Assembly: GCA_965261965.1 (NCBI GenBank)
Contig: OZ253489.1
Location: 3,365,131-3,429,130 of the forward strand
Direction: 5' to 3'
DNA: 64,000 nt
DNA from: Dehalococcoidia bacterium
GTDB lineage: Bacteria; Chloroflexota; Dehalococcoidia; Lucifugimonadales; JAGWBF01
Made by a program: the position numbers and the translations under genes. The notes under the pieces are model-generated. The model was not told where the DNA came from, made no database searches, and worked only from the letters and a program-made list of their open reading frames with translations. Below are positions 1 through 8,805 of this stretch, in pieces (the stretch's first letter is position 1; the number at the start of each line of letters is the position of its first letter).

Positions 1-2
1 CC

Positions 3-65
3 TTGGAGCAGTTCGAGGAGATTGCGGCGGATCTGTTGCCAGAGACTATGACTACGGCTGGTTAG
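3..65 (+). CDS. 3' end of an unidentified gene cut by the window edge (LEQFEEIAADLLPETMTTAG*)
   Basis: Open frame from the window start to TAG at 63-65; too short to classify. Confidence 0.3.
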   Translation: MEQFEEIAADLLPETMTTAG

Positions 66-239
66 ATTGGCTGCTGGGGCTTGCGGCCGCCTGCCGAGTG
101 GCAAGCCAGGCGGCCTTGAGTTGCTTCGGCTACCTCTACCACGGACTCAGCCCAGGAAGGTAGCGACTGCTGCCCTCCCGTACACCGACACTGCCATGTG
201 ACGGCTGCGCAGATGCCCCTCATTTGCTACGCTCGACCC

Positions 240-1955
240 ATGGCGCTCTCAGACCGACAACTGCTCCACCACCTCAGCCGGATGCCGTTCATCGACACCG
301 CGGAGCTGGCGTGCGTCCTCGGCGAAGCCCACGCGACCGTCCACCGAGCCCTGGCCGGCCTGCTGGCCGACGGCGTCGTCGGGAGGGTGAGCCACGGGAC
401 CGCGCACCTGCCTTCGAGCCGCCGGCACTACCTGACAGCCAAGGGCATCGTCGAGGCCGCAGGCGTTCTGGGCTTCGACACGCCCTCGGACTTCGTCCGC
501 GCCTACCCGGCGTCTAGGGAGTGGCTCACGCTGATTATCCGCCGGATGGACGCGGTGGCCGCCGTCTACCGCCTTGCCGCCTCGATGTCTCCTGGCATCG
601 AGGCGCTCCGGTCTCGCGTGGAGTTCCACCGCCGGGGCCGCTTCGACGCCACCATCACCCTCCACGCCGGCCGCAGCTTCGGCGTAGTGCGCCAGGGTCT
701 GGCCCTGCGTCGCCGGTCACTCTACGACCGGTTGAGGGCCATAGCGGAGTACGACTACACGCGCCGGCCCGACACCGTCCTGGTCCTGACGCCCAGCGTC
801 TGGGAGCAGCGGCTGACGACGAGGTTCTGCGTGGACCTGAATCTCAGCGACTGCTTCGTCGCCGTGGAGTCGAGGGACGCGCTCGAAAGCCGGCATCTAC
901 GCCTGTGGCGGCTCCCCTCGTTCGTGTTCGGCAGCCGGCGCCACACGCTCGAGTTCGTCAGCTCCCACGGCAGCCCCGGCGGCGCGGTTCGCACGGGGTC
1001 GCCCAGCGGCAAGCGCGCCTCCATACCCCGCGCTGAGCGGATGGTCCAGGCTGCGCCGGCCTTCGGCGTCAGCCCGTCGGAGAAGCGGACGCTCGACCTC
1101 GTGACCGACCATCCGATGATCCCCCGCGAGCACCTGGCCCGCTGGCTCGGCGTCTCCGAGGGCCGCGTCAGCCAGACGATGCACAGCCTCGTCGACGCCT
1201 GGGGCCTGGTCGAGCGTCACGGAGGCCGAGGCAGGACCCGCTACACGCTGTCGGCCGAGGGCATACGCTACGTCACCCACCGGGACCGCGCTCAGCTCCC
1301 GACCACGCTGGGCGTCTGGAGCACCGCCCTCACGACCGACCGTCAGGGCCGCAGGCGTCACGTGGGCCACCGCATCGACACATGGTCGCGACAGACGAAG
1401 CACGCCGACGGCGTCACCTGGTTCCTCTCGAAGCTGGATGCGGAAGCCAGGGCCACGCCGGCCAGCGAGTTGCTGTGGTCGGTCCCCACCGCCAGGTCCG
1501 ACCGCGCGTTCAACTGGGGCGAGTCGGCCATCGCACCGGACGCCGTGGGCAAGGTGGTCGCCGCCGGCCTCCATGTCCCGTTCTACCTCGAGTACGAGCT
1601 CCGCGCCCGTCACCCTAGGGGAGTGGCGGCTCGCCTGAGCCCCTACACGCGCTACTACTGGTCCGCCGCGCCAGGCGACGATCAACCCCCGTTCCCCACT
1701 ACGCTCTTCGTCGTAGACAGAGAGGACGTCGAGGCAACCTATGTGCGCACTGCGGCCCGGATGAGCCTGATGTCCCTGCCCATCCTCGTGTCCTGCCGGC
1801 CCGTACTGTCCGACACAGGGGTGCTGGGGAGGTCATGGCGGCCGCTCTGGGAGCCGGAGTCCCCACGACTGGCGCTGTCCGGGCTGGGTGCCTACGGATG
1901 GGACGCGCTCCGCCACCGGGTGCGTCCTGTAGGGGGGCGGGATAGTGCTGATTGA
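240..1955 (+). CDS. Replication-relaxation family protein with two tandem HTH + nuclease-like units (putative relaxase/Rep)
   Basis: Two similar halves (LLHHLSRMPFIDTAELACVLG / TLDLVTDHPMIPREHLARWLG). The second half has IAPDA...FYLEYE, a PD-(D/E)xK-like motif. Clear paralog of 23350-25002 and 61889-63544. Start placed at ATG 240. Confidence 0.7.
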   Translation: MALSDRQLLHHLSRMPFIDTAELACVLGEAHATVHRALAGLLADGVVGRVSHGTAHLPSSRRHYLTAKGIVEAAGVLGFDTPSDFVRAYPASREWLTLIIRRMDAVAAVYRLAASMSPGIEALRSRVEFHRRGRFDATITLHAGRSFGVVRQGLALRRRSLYDRLRAIAEYDYTRRPDTVLVLTPSVWEQRLTTRFCVDLNLSDCFVAVESRDALESRHLRLWRLPSFVFGSRRHTLEFVSSHGSPGGAVRTGSPSGKRASIPRAERMVQAAPAFGVSPSEKRTLDLVTDHPMIPREHLARWLGVSEGRVSQTMHSLVDAWGLVERHGGRGRTRYTLSAEGIRYVTHRDRAQLPTTLGVWSTALTTDRQGRRRHVGHRIDTWSRQTKHADGVTWFLSKLDAEARATPASELLWSVPTARSDRAFNWGESAIAPDAVGKVVAAGLHVPFYLEYELRARHPRGVAARLSPYTRYYWSAAPGDDQPPFPTTLFVVDREDVEATYVRTAARMSLMSLPILVSCRPVLSDTGVLGRSWRPLWEPESPRLALSGLGAYGWDALRHRVRPVGGRDSAD

Positions 1956-1976
1956 GGGATTCAATCAGCACTATCC
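1940..1976. repeat. Perfect inverted repeat (16-bp arms, 5-nt loop) overlapping the stop of the relaxase-like gene
   Basis: GGATAGTGCTGATTGA-GGGAT-TCAATCAGCACTATCC; no U-tract on either side. Confidence 0.85.
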
Positions 1977-2209
1977 TCCCGCCATGTTGGATGGGGGCTG
2001 GGTCAGGCCGCGGTCGACCCGACCTCCGGCGCCGCCAGACCGCGATTCGCGCCCGAATCGCTCCTGTTTCAACTACGAACAGGCTGACACATCGCCTGAC
2101 CGGTCAAGGTGTAGAGTGAGAACCGGCGCTAAAAAGAGAGGCGGGTTGGGCGACAACTTGTCACGCCGGTGCAACCGCTGACGTGTCAGCCGATAGCGAG
2201 GGAAGAGCG

Positions 2210-2641
2210 ATGGATGAGCCCGTCCGCTGGGTCTCGAAAGGGGAGGCAGCGCGGGAGATGGAGGTATCCCTCTCGACCCTGGACCGGATGATCAGGAAGG
2301 GAGAGGTCGAGGTGGTCAGGGATGGCCGCCGGGTCTACGTGCGGATGCAGGGGCCAGAGTATCTGAGCGACGACGAGCTGCTGCGCCGGGCCTTAGACAG
2401 GGCCGAGGAGCTTCGACAGACGGCGCTGGACTGGGAGAGCGCCGCCTGGAAGTTGGAGCAGGAACGGGATGAGGCCAGGGAATCCGCAGCCGCCAGTAGG
2501 GACACATACGAGGAGTTGGAGGAGGCGTACCGCAAGGAGCGCGCCGCGCACGGGAAGACAAGACGAGTGGTTGTCAGACTGGGCATGATCGTCGCCGCGC
2601 TGGTCGTGCTGCTGGTCATCGGCGTTCTGGCCACGTGGTGA
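2210..2641 (+). CDS. Excisionase-like HTH (HTH_17/MerR-type) + coiled coil + C-terminal transmembrane helix, copy 1
   Basis: WVSKGEAAREMEVSLSTLDRMIRKGEV HTH, Glu/Arg-rich helical middle, hydrophobic C-terminus (LGMIVAALVVLLVIGVLATW). Near-duplicate at 5521-5964. Confidence 0.75.
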   Translation: MDEPVRWVSKGEAAREMEVSLSTLDRMIRKGEVEVVRDGRRVYVRMQGPEYLSDDELLRRALDRAEELRQTALDWESAAWKLEQERDEARESAAASRDTYEELEEAYRKERAAHGKTRRVVVRLGMIVAALVVLLVIGVLATW

Positions 2642-2912
2642 CTGCCAATGTAGGGGTGCCTTTGTGCCGCGCTGCAACGGGCCCGCTAGCGCGTTTATGC
2701 GCTCGTTTGGCGGAATGTTGATTACGCTCGGATACCTACCGTGCACTGCAGGGTGGCGCTGCTTATCAGCATAGCCTTCATCTTCTTCCGGGTGCTGATT
2801 GTAGCAATCGTCGTAGGCTAAGGTGGCCCCGTCACGCTCGTCAAGGACCGCAGTGCTTCTTGACCTGAGTGGAGAGGAATTGTATGCTTTGCGCTTTCCT
2901 CGGGAGGCTAAG

Positions 2913-3239
2913 ATGCCGACGCCGGACATGACGCTCAGGGATTGGTTTGCGGGACAGGCTCTCGGCGGCTTTGAAGGTTTGCTTAGCGGAGTCAACACTG
3001 AGCACGCCAACGAGGTTGCGGCTAGGTGCTATGAGATTGCCGAAGCGATGATGAGGGTGCGCGCTCAATTCACACTAATTGGACATCCGGCTGGCAAAAC
3101 ACTTCACAAGGCGTCTTGCACTCTTGCAAACGCTGAATCTTACTTCAAGCAGTCATTCCCTAGTCTGGAGGCTGCGCTCGAATCAGGGAGCGTCGAAGTC
3201 GTTTGTGTGAATTGTTTTCCTCCTGCTGAGCGATCTTAG
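2913..3239 (+). CDS. Small phage-type hypothetical protein (MTLRDWFAGQAL motif) with a C-terminal His/Cys cluster
   Basis: GGGAGG RBS before ATG 2913. TLRDWFAGQAL resembles a motif common in small phage proteins; LHKASC...CVNC could bind metal. Confidence 0.55.
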   Translation: MPTPDMTLRDWFAGQALGGFEGLLSGVNTEHANEVAARCYEIAEAMMRVRAQFTLIGHPAGKTLHKASCTLANAESYFKQSFPSLEAALESGSVEVVCVNCFPPAERS

Positions 3240-3264
3240 CCATTCGAACAGGAGGACTCGAGCG

Positions 3265-3483
3265 ATGGCAACGCCAACGGGTGAGTGCTGGTGTGGATGC
3301 GGAGCTGCCTGCGACTCGTTCTTCTACACGGGCCACGACCAAAGGGCGCTCTATGGCGCGCTCGAAGCTCTCGGCTACCCTCGACACGACATGACCGCCG
3401 TGTTTCTCGAAGCCTACGGCTTCCAGCCTGGCGGAGATAAGAGCGCAGAGCTACGGGCTGTGGTAGCAAGGCGTTGGCTGTGA
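3265..3483 (+). CDS. Small hypothetical protein with a CWCGCG...GHD putative metal-binding motif
   Basis: GGAGGA RBS; motif C-W-C-G-C-G-x6-F-x2-G-H-D. Confidence 0.6.
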   Translation: MATPTGECWCGCGAACDSFFYTGHDQRALYGALEALGYPRHDMTAVFLEAYGFQPGGDKSAELRAVVARRWL

Positions 3484-3922
3484 GCGCCCCTGCGCTGTCA
3501 AGCCTTCCAGACTATCCTACTCCGACCCCAATGGCGGGCGTGGAGAGTTTCGAACGCCCATGCGGTCGTTGGGGGGCAGACCAGCTTGCCGCTTGGCGGA
3601 CACACGCACCCAGAGGCACGGACGGGCCCTGCTCGCAACAGGGGCCGTCAGCATCGTCTCTCGTGCGGTAGGAGGCGTAACCCTGAGCGGGTCACGGTTT
3701 TCGGACTTCCCCAAAGAAGTTCGAACTGACGAGCTAGGGATTCCCGCGCGTGCTTGCACCAAGGACTGTCCGCCCAGGGCAACTCGGAGTTCATCACCGT
3801 GCTGAAGGTGGTACGCTTCCTTGGGTCTCCGGCTTCCGGTCACTCCGACTGCGGACTGGCCCAACCACTAGCAGCATCGAGGGAAGGCAACAGCGCAGAA
3901 ACCTAATCTATCTGAGGTCTAC

Positions 3923-4633
3923 ATGAAACTCGCGTTAATCGATGGTCAGAGAGCGGAACCATCTCCGCTTCTCAGGGCAAGGTGCGCCTACTGCGGCAGT
4001 GAAATGATAGCTAAGTGTGGCCAAGTAAAGATGTGGCACTGGGCAGATAAGAGTAAAGCTAGTTGTGATCCTTGGTGGGAATCAGAGACTGAATGGCATA
4101 GAAGTTGGAAGGATCAATTTCCGACGGATTGGCAGGAATTCATGCATATCGACCAAGCCAGTGGCGAGAAACACATAGCGGATGTCAAGACTCCCTTCGG
4201 TCTAGTGATTGAATTCCAACACTCCCCCATTGAACAAATGGAGGTGGAGAGTCGTGAGACATTCTACGGGAACATGATATGGATTGTGGACGGCGACAGG
4301 GGATCGCTGGATCTGGATTATTTCAGGATGGGGCTCTCAACTGCGGCACCCGCCAGTTTTGTTCCTCTCGCTTACCACTTGAAGTGGTGGGGCACGAGTA
4401 GGCTATTGCACAACTGGACAAAATCCACCGTACCCGTTTATCTTGACTTTGGAGATGAGGAAGCTCTCTGGAAACTTGTTCGTTTTGACATTGATGCAAA
4501 CTTGGGCATCGTCATGCCCACCACTCGTGAGTGGCTCGTTGAGGCATGTTCAAACGGCAAGCCCATCCCCTCGGTTGCAGCCGATGAGAATGACCCGCTG
4601 ACATATCAACGGCAATGGGTTGAGGTTCATTGA
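3923..4633 (+). CDS. CoiA-like competence protein / PD-(D/E)xK nuclease
   Basis: N-terminal CAYCG...AKCG...WHWA...CDPWWE zinc-like region, ETEWHR.WK, and HIADV...VIEFQHS nuclease motif. Confidence 0.8.
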   Translation: MKLALIDGQRAEPSPLLRARCAYCGSEMIAKCGQVKMWHWADKSKASCDPWWESETEWHRSWKDQFPTDWQEFMHIDQASGEKHIADVKTPFGLVIEFQHSPIEQMEVESRETFYGNMIWIVDGDRGSLDLDYFRMGLSTAAPASFVPLAYHLKWWGTSRLLHNWTKSTVPVYLDFGDEEALWKLVRFDIDANLGIVMPTTREWLVEACSNGKPIPSVAADENDPLTYQRQWVEVH

Positions 4634-4862
4634 GGAACAACTCCGAGTCCCAGGCTTCACCTCCAATAGAGGTGGGCTGGACAGGATTGAGGCTCGAGAA
4701 CGGCACGTGCTGGTCCATGGAGGAGAACAGCGCCTGATCCCCGTAGGCAGCGTGCTGGGGCCATGTCGAGAATCGGAGGTAGGACGAAGTTGCCGATGCG
4801 GTGCTATCCTGCCCGCTCAGGGAGCAGCCGCCAATCAGCTCCGCTCGTACGAGGAGAATCGA

Positions 4863-5156
4863 ATGCCCACGTTTGACATCCTTCCGATGAACGAAGCCCG
4901 CGCGAACAGCGCAACCGGGCAGCGCGCCGCGCTGCTTCAAGAATACATCGGGTACATCCGGAGCGTATCCCCCGGACTAGCGGGTAAGCTTGAGCCCGGA
5001 GAGGGCGAGACGACTCAGGCGATCAGGCGGAGGCTTGCTGCAGCGGCTGAAGCGCTGGGGACGGAACTGCAGGTCCGCCGTACCGCCGGCACCATCTACT
5101 TCTGGGCGCCAGATGCCCCGCGCCGCGGCAGGCCCCGCAAGAACCCGGCCGCGTAA
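4863..5156 (+). CDS. Small DNA-binding protein with a C-terminal AT-hook-like RRGRPRK motif
   Basis: GAGGAG RBS before ATG 4863; protein ends APRRGRPRKNPAA. Confidence 0.65.
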   Translation: MPTFDILPMNEARANSATGQRAALLQEYIGYIRSVSPGLAGKLEPGEGETTQAIRRRLAAAAEALGTELQVRRTAGTIYFWAPDAPRRGRPRKNPAA

Positions 5157-5251
5157 CCTACTACCGCAGGTAGTCGGCGCCGTCGGAGTCGAGCCGTGGG
5201 GTTCGTGACCCTGAATCTTATGGCGCTGGGCAAGGCGAGGTCGGAGGCCGC

Positions 5252-5520
5252 ATGACGATACGGCTGGTGGATGAAGGATGGCGTAGGGAACTGGCTGAGG
5301 CTGCGCGCGCCGACGCCAGTGAACTTCGTATCATCTGCCCGTTCATCAAAGTGGGCGCCCTTGAGGGTCTATTGTCTCGCCAGCCCGTCAACGTCCAGGT
5401 CATCACCCGGTTCAACCTCGCCGACTTTGCTGAAGGCGTCAGCGACATCGCCGTCCTCCAAAGGCTACTCGACATCAACGCTCGCGTTCGCGGCGTGCGC
5501 AACCTTCACGCCAAGGCGCG
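5252..5520 (+). pseudogene. Truncated phospholipase D-like (HKD nuclease) gene
   Basis: RIICPFIK...VITRF...FAEGVSD...VRNLHAK is a typical PLD-like N-terminus. Similarity stops right after the HxK motif, where the duplicated HTH gene begins at 5521. Confidence 0.7.
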
Positions 5521-5964
5521 ATGGATGAGCCCGTCCGCTGGGTCTCGAAAGCGGAGGCGGCGCAGGAGTTGGAGATATCCCTCTCGACCCTGGACCGGAT
5601 GATCAGGAAGGGAGGGGTCGAGGTTGCCAGAGAGGGCCGCCGGGTTTACGTGCGGATGCACGGGCCGGAGTACCTGAGCGACGAGGAGCTGCTGCATCGG
5701 GCCTTGGACAGGGCCGAGGAGCTTCGACAGACAGCGCTGGACTGGGAGAGCGCCGCCTGGAAGCTGGAGCAGGAACGGGATGAGGCTCGGGAGGCCGCAA
5801 CCGCCAGCAGAGACGCATACGAGGAGTTGACGGCAGCGTATCGCAAGGAGCGCGCCGCGCACGGGAGGACGAGGCGAGTGGCTTTCCGGCTCGCCCTGGT
5901 CGCGGTCACGTTGTTCGCGCTGCTAGTCATCAGCGTTCTGGCTACGTGGAGACTGGTCAGGTAG
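5521..5964 (+). CDS. Excisionase-like HTH + coiled coil + C-terminal TM helix, copy 2
   Basis: High DNA identity to 2210-2657; ends W-R-L-V-R where copy 1 has TGA in place of AGA. Confidence 0.75.
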   Translation: MDEPVRWVSKAEAAQELEISLSTLDRMIRKGGVEVAREGRRVYVRMHGPEYLSDEELLHRALDRAEELRQTALDWESAAWKLEQERDEAREAATASRDAYEELTAAYRKERAAHGRTRRVAFRLALVAVTLFALLVISVLATWRLVR

Positions 5965-6039
5965 GGGTCCACCGGATTGGCCGATGCGCAAGGCTGGAAT
6001 AACCCTAAGGCAATAGCTCTGTGATTGCCATCGTGGTGG

Positions 6040-6141
6040 CGGTCCTAGCGCTGGCGGGCTTGGCCGCGTGGCTTCTGCGATGACGAGTTCAGATCCTCTT
6101 TGCTGTTCACCGACTAGCCTCCCGTCCTCTCCGCGGAACAC
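6040..6141 (-). pseudogene. Possible eroded JAB (Cap3-like) N-terminal remnant
   Basis: Directly after cap2: GEDGRLVGEQQRGSELVIAEATRPSP resembles the JAB start (E-x-GG-x-LVG...VIxEATxPGP). No downstream H-x-H motif; the frame degenerates. Confidence 0.4.
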
Positions 6142-7691
6142 TAAGCAGTATTGAGGACAACACGCCCGGTGCGGTCGAAGGGCGGAGAGGGAATGGCCCG
6201 GTAGACATCCAACACCTCATCGGCAAGTTCAAAGCGGCCCGTCAGCGCATCTATCGCCGACTGCACGGTGAGAGAGGCACATGCCGATACCGCTGTGGGC
6301 GGAGCGTTGTTGACGGGTGCCGAGCAACCCAGCTGAGATGTGGCGAAGTCCTCCCACCCGTCGCCTGCAGGTATGGGAGGGTATCGCGTCAGGTCGCCGC
6401 GTTGGTGGATTGGCGTATCGCTCGGCAACGCCTGCCGCTGCACCCGACCGATGCGGCCGCCTCTGTAGAGTGCTCCCGAGATCAACGGTGTTCGCGTGCC
6501 CTCGAGCAGCGTAGCCAGCGAGAGAACCAGGGCCTCGTTGCCTGTGGTGTCGATGACGATGTCGGCGCTGCCTACGCGTTCACTCATCTGGCTCGGGGTG
6601 CGAGGGTGCTCCGTGAAGCCGGTGGCCTCCGTCCACGGAGCGTGATTCGCGATGGCGGCCTGGACCGCATGCGCCTTGGAAGCTCCGACGAGGTTGTGGC
6701 CAGCCACGTGCCGCACCACGTTGCCCGGCAGCAGCACGTCAGAGTCGACGATATCCAGGAAGCCTACACCGCTCTCCGCGAGCAGCGTCGCGGTGTGGCC
6801 ACCCAAGGCTCCGGCTCCGAACAGGGCGACCTTGCGGGTACGCAACGCCGTGGCGTCGGGTCCCGCGCGCAGGATGAGGCTGTCTTCGTCATTGGGCCCT
6901 GCCTGCACGGCGATTGCATCCACCTCGTTTCCCGTTCCCTTGCATGCCATCACCAACAGGTCGGTCTGGGCGTGGCGCTCCCAGCAGAAGAGGATGAAGT
7001 CCCCTCCTCCGCTGGGGAGGAGGGGTTCGGGCCGTCCCCGTTCGCCCAACGCCTTCTTCAGATTCCTCCTCTGCGGCCTCGATAAGCGGGGCGGGACCTC
7101 GGAGAAGCGCCGCGGCGGTGGCGTGCTCAGTTCGCCTACATGAAACCACAGCCCGCGCAGCTGGTTGGCCCCGCTTCTTCGCCCAGGCGAGATGTCAACG
7201 CGCAATGGACTCGGGTTGACCACCGCGTGGCATTCGCCCCAGCTACCGGCGCTGATGCCAAGCTGCGGCAGGTTGAAGGTCGCCACGAGAGCATTGTTGG
7301 GCGAGAAGTTCAAGAAGGCGTCTTGGGCGAGCTGGTCGTCCTCCCAGCCGTGCTCTGCATTCCCGCACCACTCCACGATTCTGGAGAACAATCCCTCAAC
7401 TGTCGTCCACCTGCGGCTGAAATCTCCCTCGCGCCACATGCACACAAAGCCGCCAGGGGTTGAATGGTTGGTGTTAAGCCCTTGGACAAAGAGCGCGGGT
7501 GGCTGGAACGGCCATCCTGGCGCGATGACGATATCCATCGTTTCGGCGTCGGTGAGCGCCTTGAAGGCGGGATGGATCCCTCCGGTCCATCGGGGCGGGT
7601 TGGAACCGGCGATGAGCTCAAACCCACCGGCCGCGAGTTCCGCGCTGAACCGCTCGAACGATTCGAGGTGGAAGTACTGCTCCATAGTCAT
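6141..7691 (-). CDS. cap2: CBASS Cap2-like E2-E1 (ThiF) fusion
   Basis: N-terminal E2-like fold (IVIAPGWPFQPP...NH...GFVC); C-terminal ThiF motifs VALFGAGALGG and DSDVLLPGNVVRH; directly downstream of the CD-NTase. Confidence 0.85.
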   Translation of the reverse strand: MTMEQYFHLESFERFSAELAAGGFELIAGSNPPRWTGGIHPAFKALTDAETMDIVIAPGWPFQPPALFVQGLNTNHSTPGGFVCMWREGDFSRRWTTVEGLFSRIVEWCGNAEHGWEDDQLAQDAFLNFSPNNALVATFNLPQLGISAGSWGECHAVVNPSPLRVDISPGRRSGANQLRGLWFHVGELSTPPPRRFSEVPPRLSRPQRRNLKKALGERGRPEPLLPSGGGDFILFCWERHAQTDLLVMACKGTGNEVDAIAVQAGPNDEDSLILRAGPDATALRTRKVALFGAGALGGHTATLLAESGVGFLDIVDSDVLLPGNVVRHVAGHNLVGASKAHAVQAAIANHAPWTEATGFTEHPRTPSQMSERVGSADIVIDTTGNEALVLSLATLLEGTRTPLISGALYRGGRIGRVQRQALPSDTPIHQRGDLTRYPPIPAGDGWEDFATSQLGCSAPVNNAPPTAVSACASLTVQSAIDALTGRFELADEVLDVYRAIPSPPFDRTGRVVLNTA

Positions 7692-7694
7692 GGC

Positions 7695-8726
7695 CTATCC
7701 GAACCTGTCTGCCTCTCTTGGCCTCTGGGCCACCGGTATTCCTCCGGCTGTACTGCCACCTGCACGGGTCGACGGCCCACCGGGCGGGCGATTCGCACTG
7801 CCTCCCTGACGGCCATTCCCGCTGCCGCCGCCACGGGAGCCTCTTCCGAAACCCTCGCCGAACAGTGCTTGCCAGCCCTTGATGGCCTCCTCGCTGGACG
7901 GTTCTCGGGCTGTTCGCCGTGCGGTTTCTGTGTGGGAGTGGACCTTGCTCCTGAAGTTGGCGTACTTGGCCTGGTCCCAGTGCCGGTTGAACGTCTCCGT
8001 CGGCAGGACGGGATTCCTGATCGAGGGCATGTTCGGATGCTGCTGGAGGTAGTTATCCATCCTAGACAGGATGGTAACCAAGGTGTCGGCCACCGTGCCG
8101 ACACCCTCGGTTCCCTTGTCGGACGCGTAAATGGCATTGCCGGCGAGAGTGGTCAGCAGAATCGACTTGACGGTGTAGTTGTTCTTGTGGTCGCGGAGGT
8201 ACTTGAGCAACCTGACCACCCGCTTCAGGTTGCCCCCGGTGATGCGGTTCTTCTCATTGAACCAGTCTCTGTACCCGGTTCCGTCAGTTTCCTCGAACCG
8301 ATCGGTCGTGCGGTTGCATACGTAGTGCTTCCCGCCAAAGGTAACTCGGGGTACTACATCCAAATGAAAGTAACCGGCGTAGTCGACGGTGACGCAGCGG
8401 GTCTTGAGCCGGAGTTTGTCGGCGTAGGTCTCGTTGCTGCGGAGCGTGCCGTGGACAGCGTCCAGGTAGTCCTTGGCCCGCCAGGACGGGTTGGGGTTCA
8501 TCACAACCTGGATGTCGGCGTCGTACTCGTCGTTGTCGTCGACCGGCTTGATGAGCGTCCCGATCGCGTAGGAACCCTGCGGCTCCATTTTCTGATAGCC
8601 GGGCAGATGTTCCTTGAGGTAAGTGTCCACCGCTCCGACGGCGGTCTCCAGTCGGTCAAGTCGCGCCTGGTTGAGATTGACTTCATCCCTGAGGAAGTCC
8701 CGGAATTCCTGGTCGTTCTTGGTCAT
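7695..8726 (-). CDS. cGAS/DncV-like nucleotidyltransferase (CD-NTase, SMODS)
   Basis: QGSYAIGTLIKP...EYDADI (GS...DxD), HLDVVP third Asp, Gly-rich tail ending RFG; lies between a patatin and an E2-E1 gene. Confidence 0.9.
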   Translation of the reverse strand: MTKNDQEFRDFLRDEVNLNQARLDRLETAVGAVDTYLKEHLPGYQKMEPQGSYAIGTLIKPVDDNDEYDADIQVVMNPNPSWRAKDYLDAVHGTLRSNETYADKLRLKTRCVTVDYAGYFHLDVVPRVTFGGKHYVCNRTTDRFEETDGTGYRDWFNEKNRITGGNLKRVVRLLKYLRDHKNNYTVKSILLTTLAGNAIYASDKGTEGVGTVADTLVTILSRMDNYLQQHPNMPSIRNPVLPTETFNRHWDQAKYANFRSKVHSHTETARRTAREPSSEEAIKGWQALFGEGFGRGSRGGGSGNGRQGGSANRPPGGPSTRAGGSTAGGIPVAQRPREADRFG

Positions 8727-8805
8727 CGTGCGCTCCTTTGGCCTAAGGCTTGTGCTGGGTGGCCCTACGGTGAGGGCGTGCTAGAGGACGTGGCCCGGTT
8801 CACCG

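Noticed and set aside
85-115. 9-bp GC-rich inverted repeat
   Set aside because: Expected by chance at this GC level and has no U-tract.
2660-2821. Short hydrophobic open frame (RVALLISIAFIFFRVLIVAIVVG*)
   Set aside because: No start codon or RBS in frame; at best a gene relic.
3490-3900. ~400-bp gap with several weak overlapping ORFs
   Set aside because: No RBS, motif or convincing structure; cannot call a gene or RNA.
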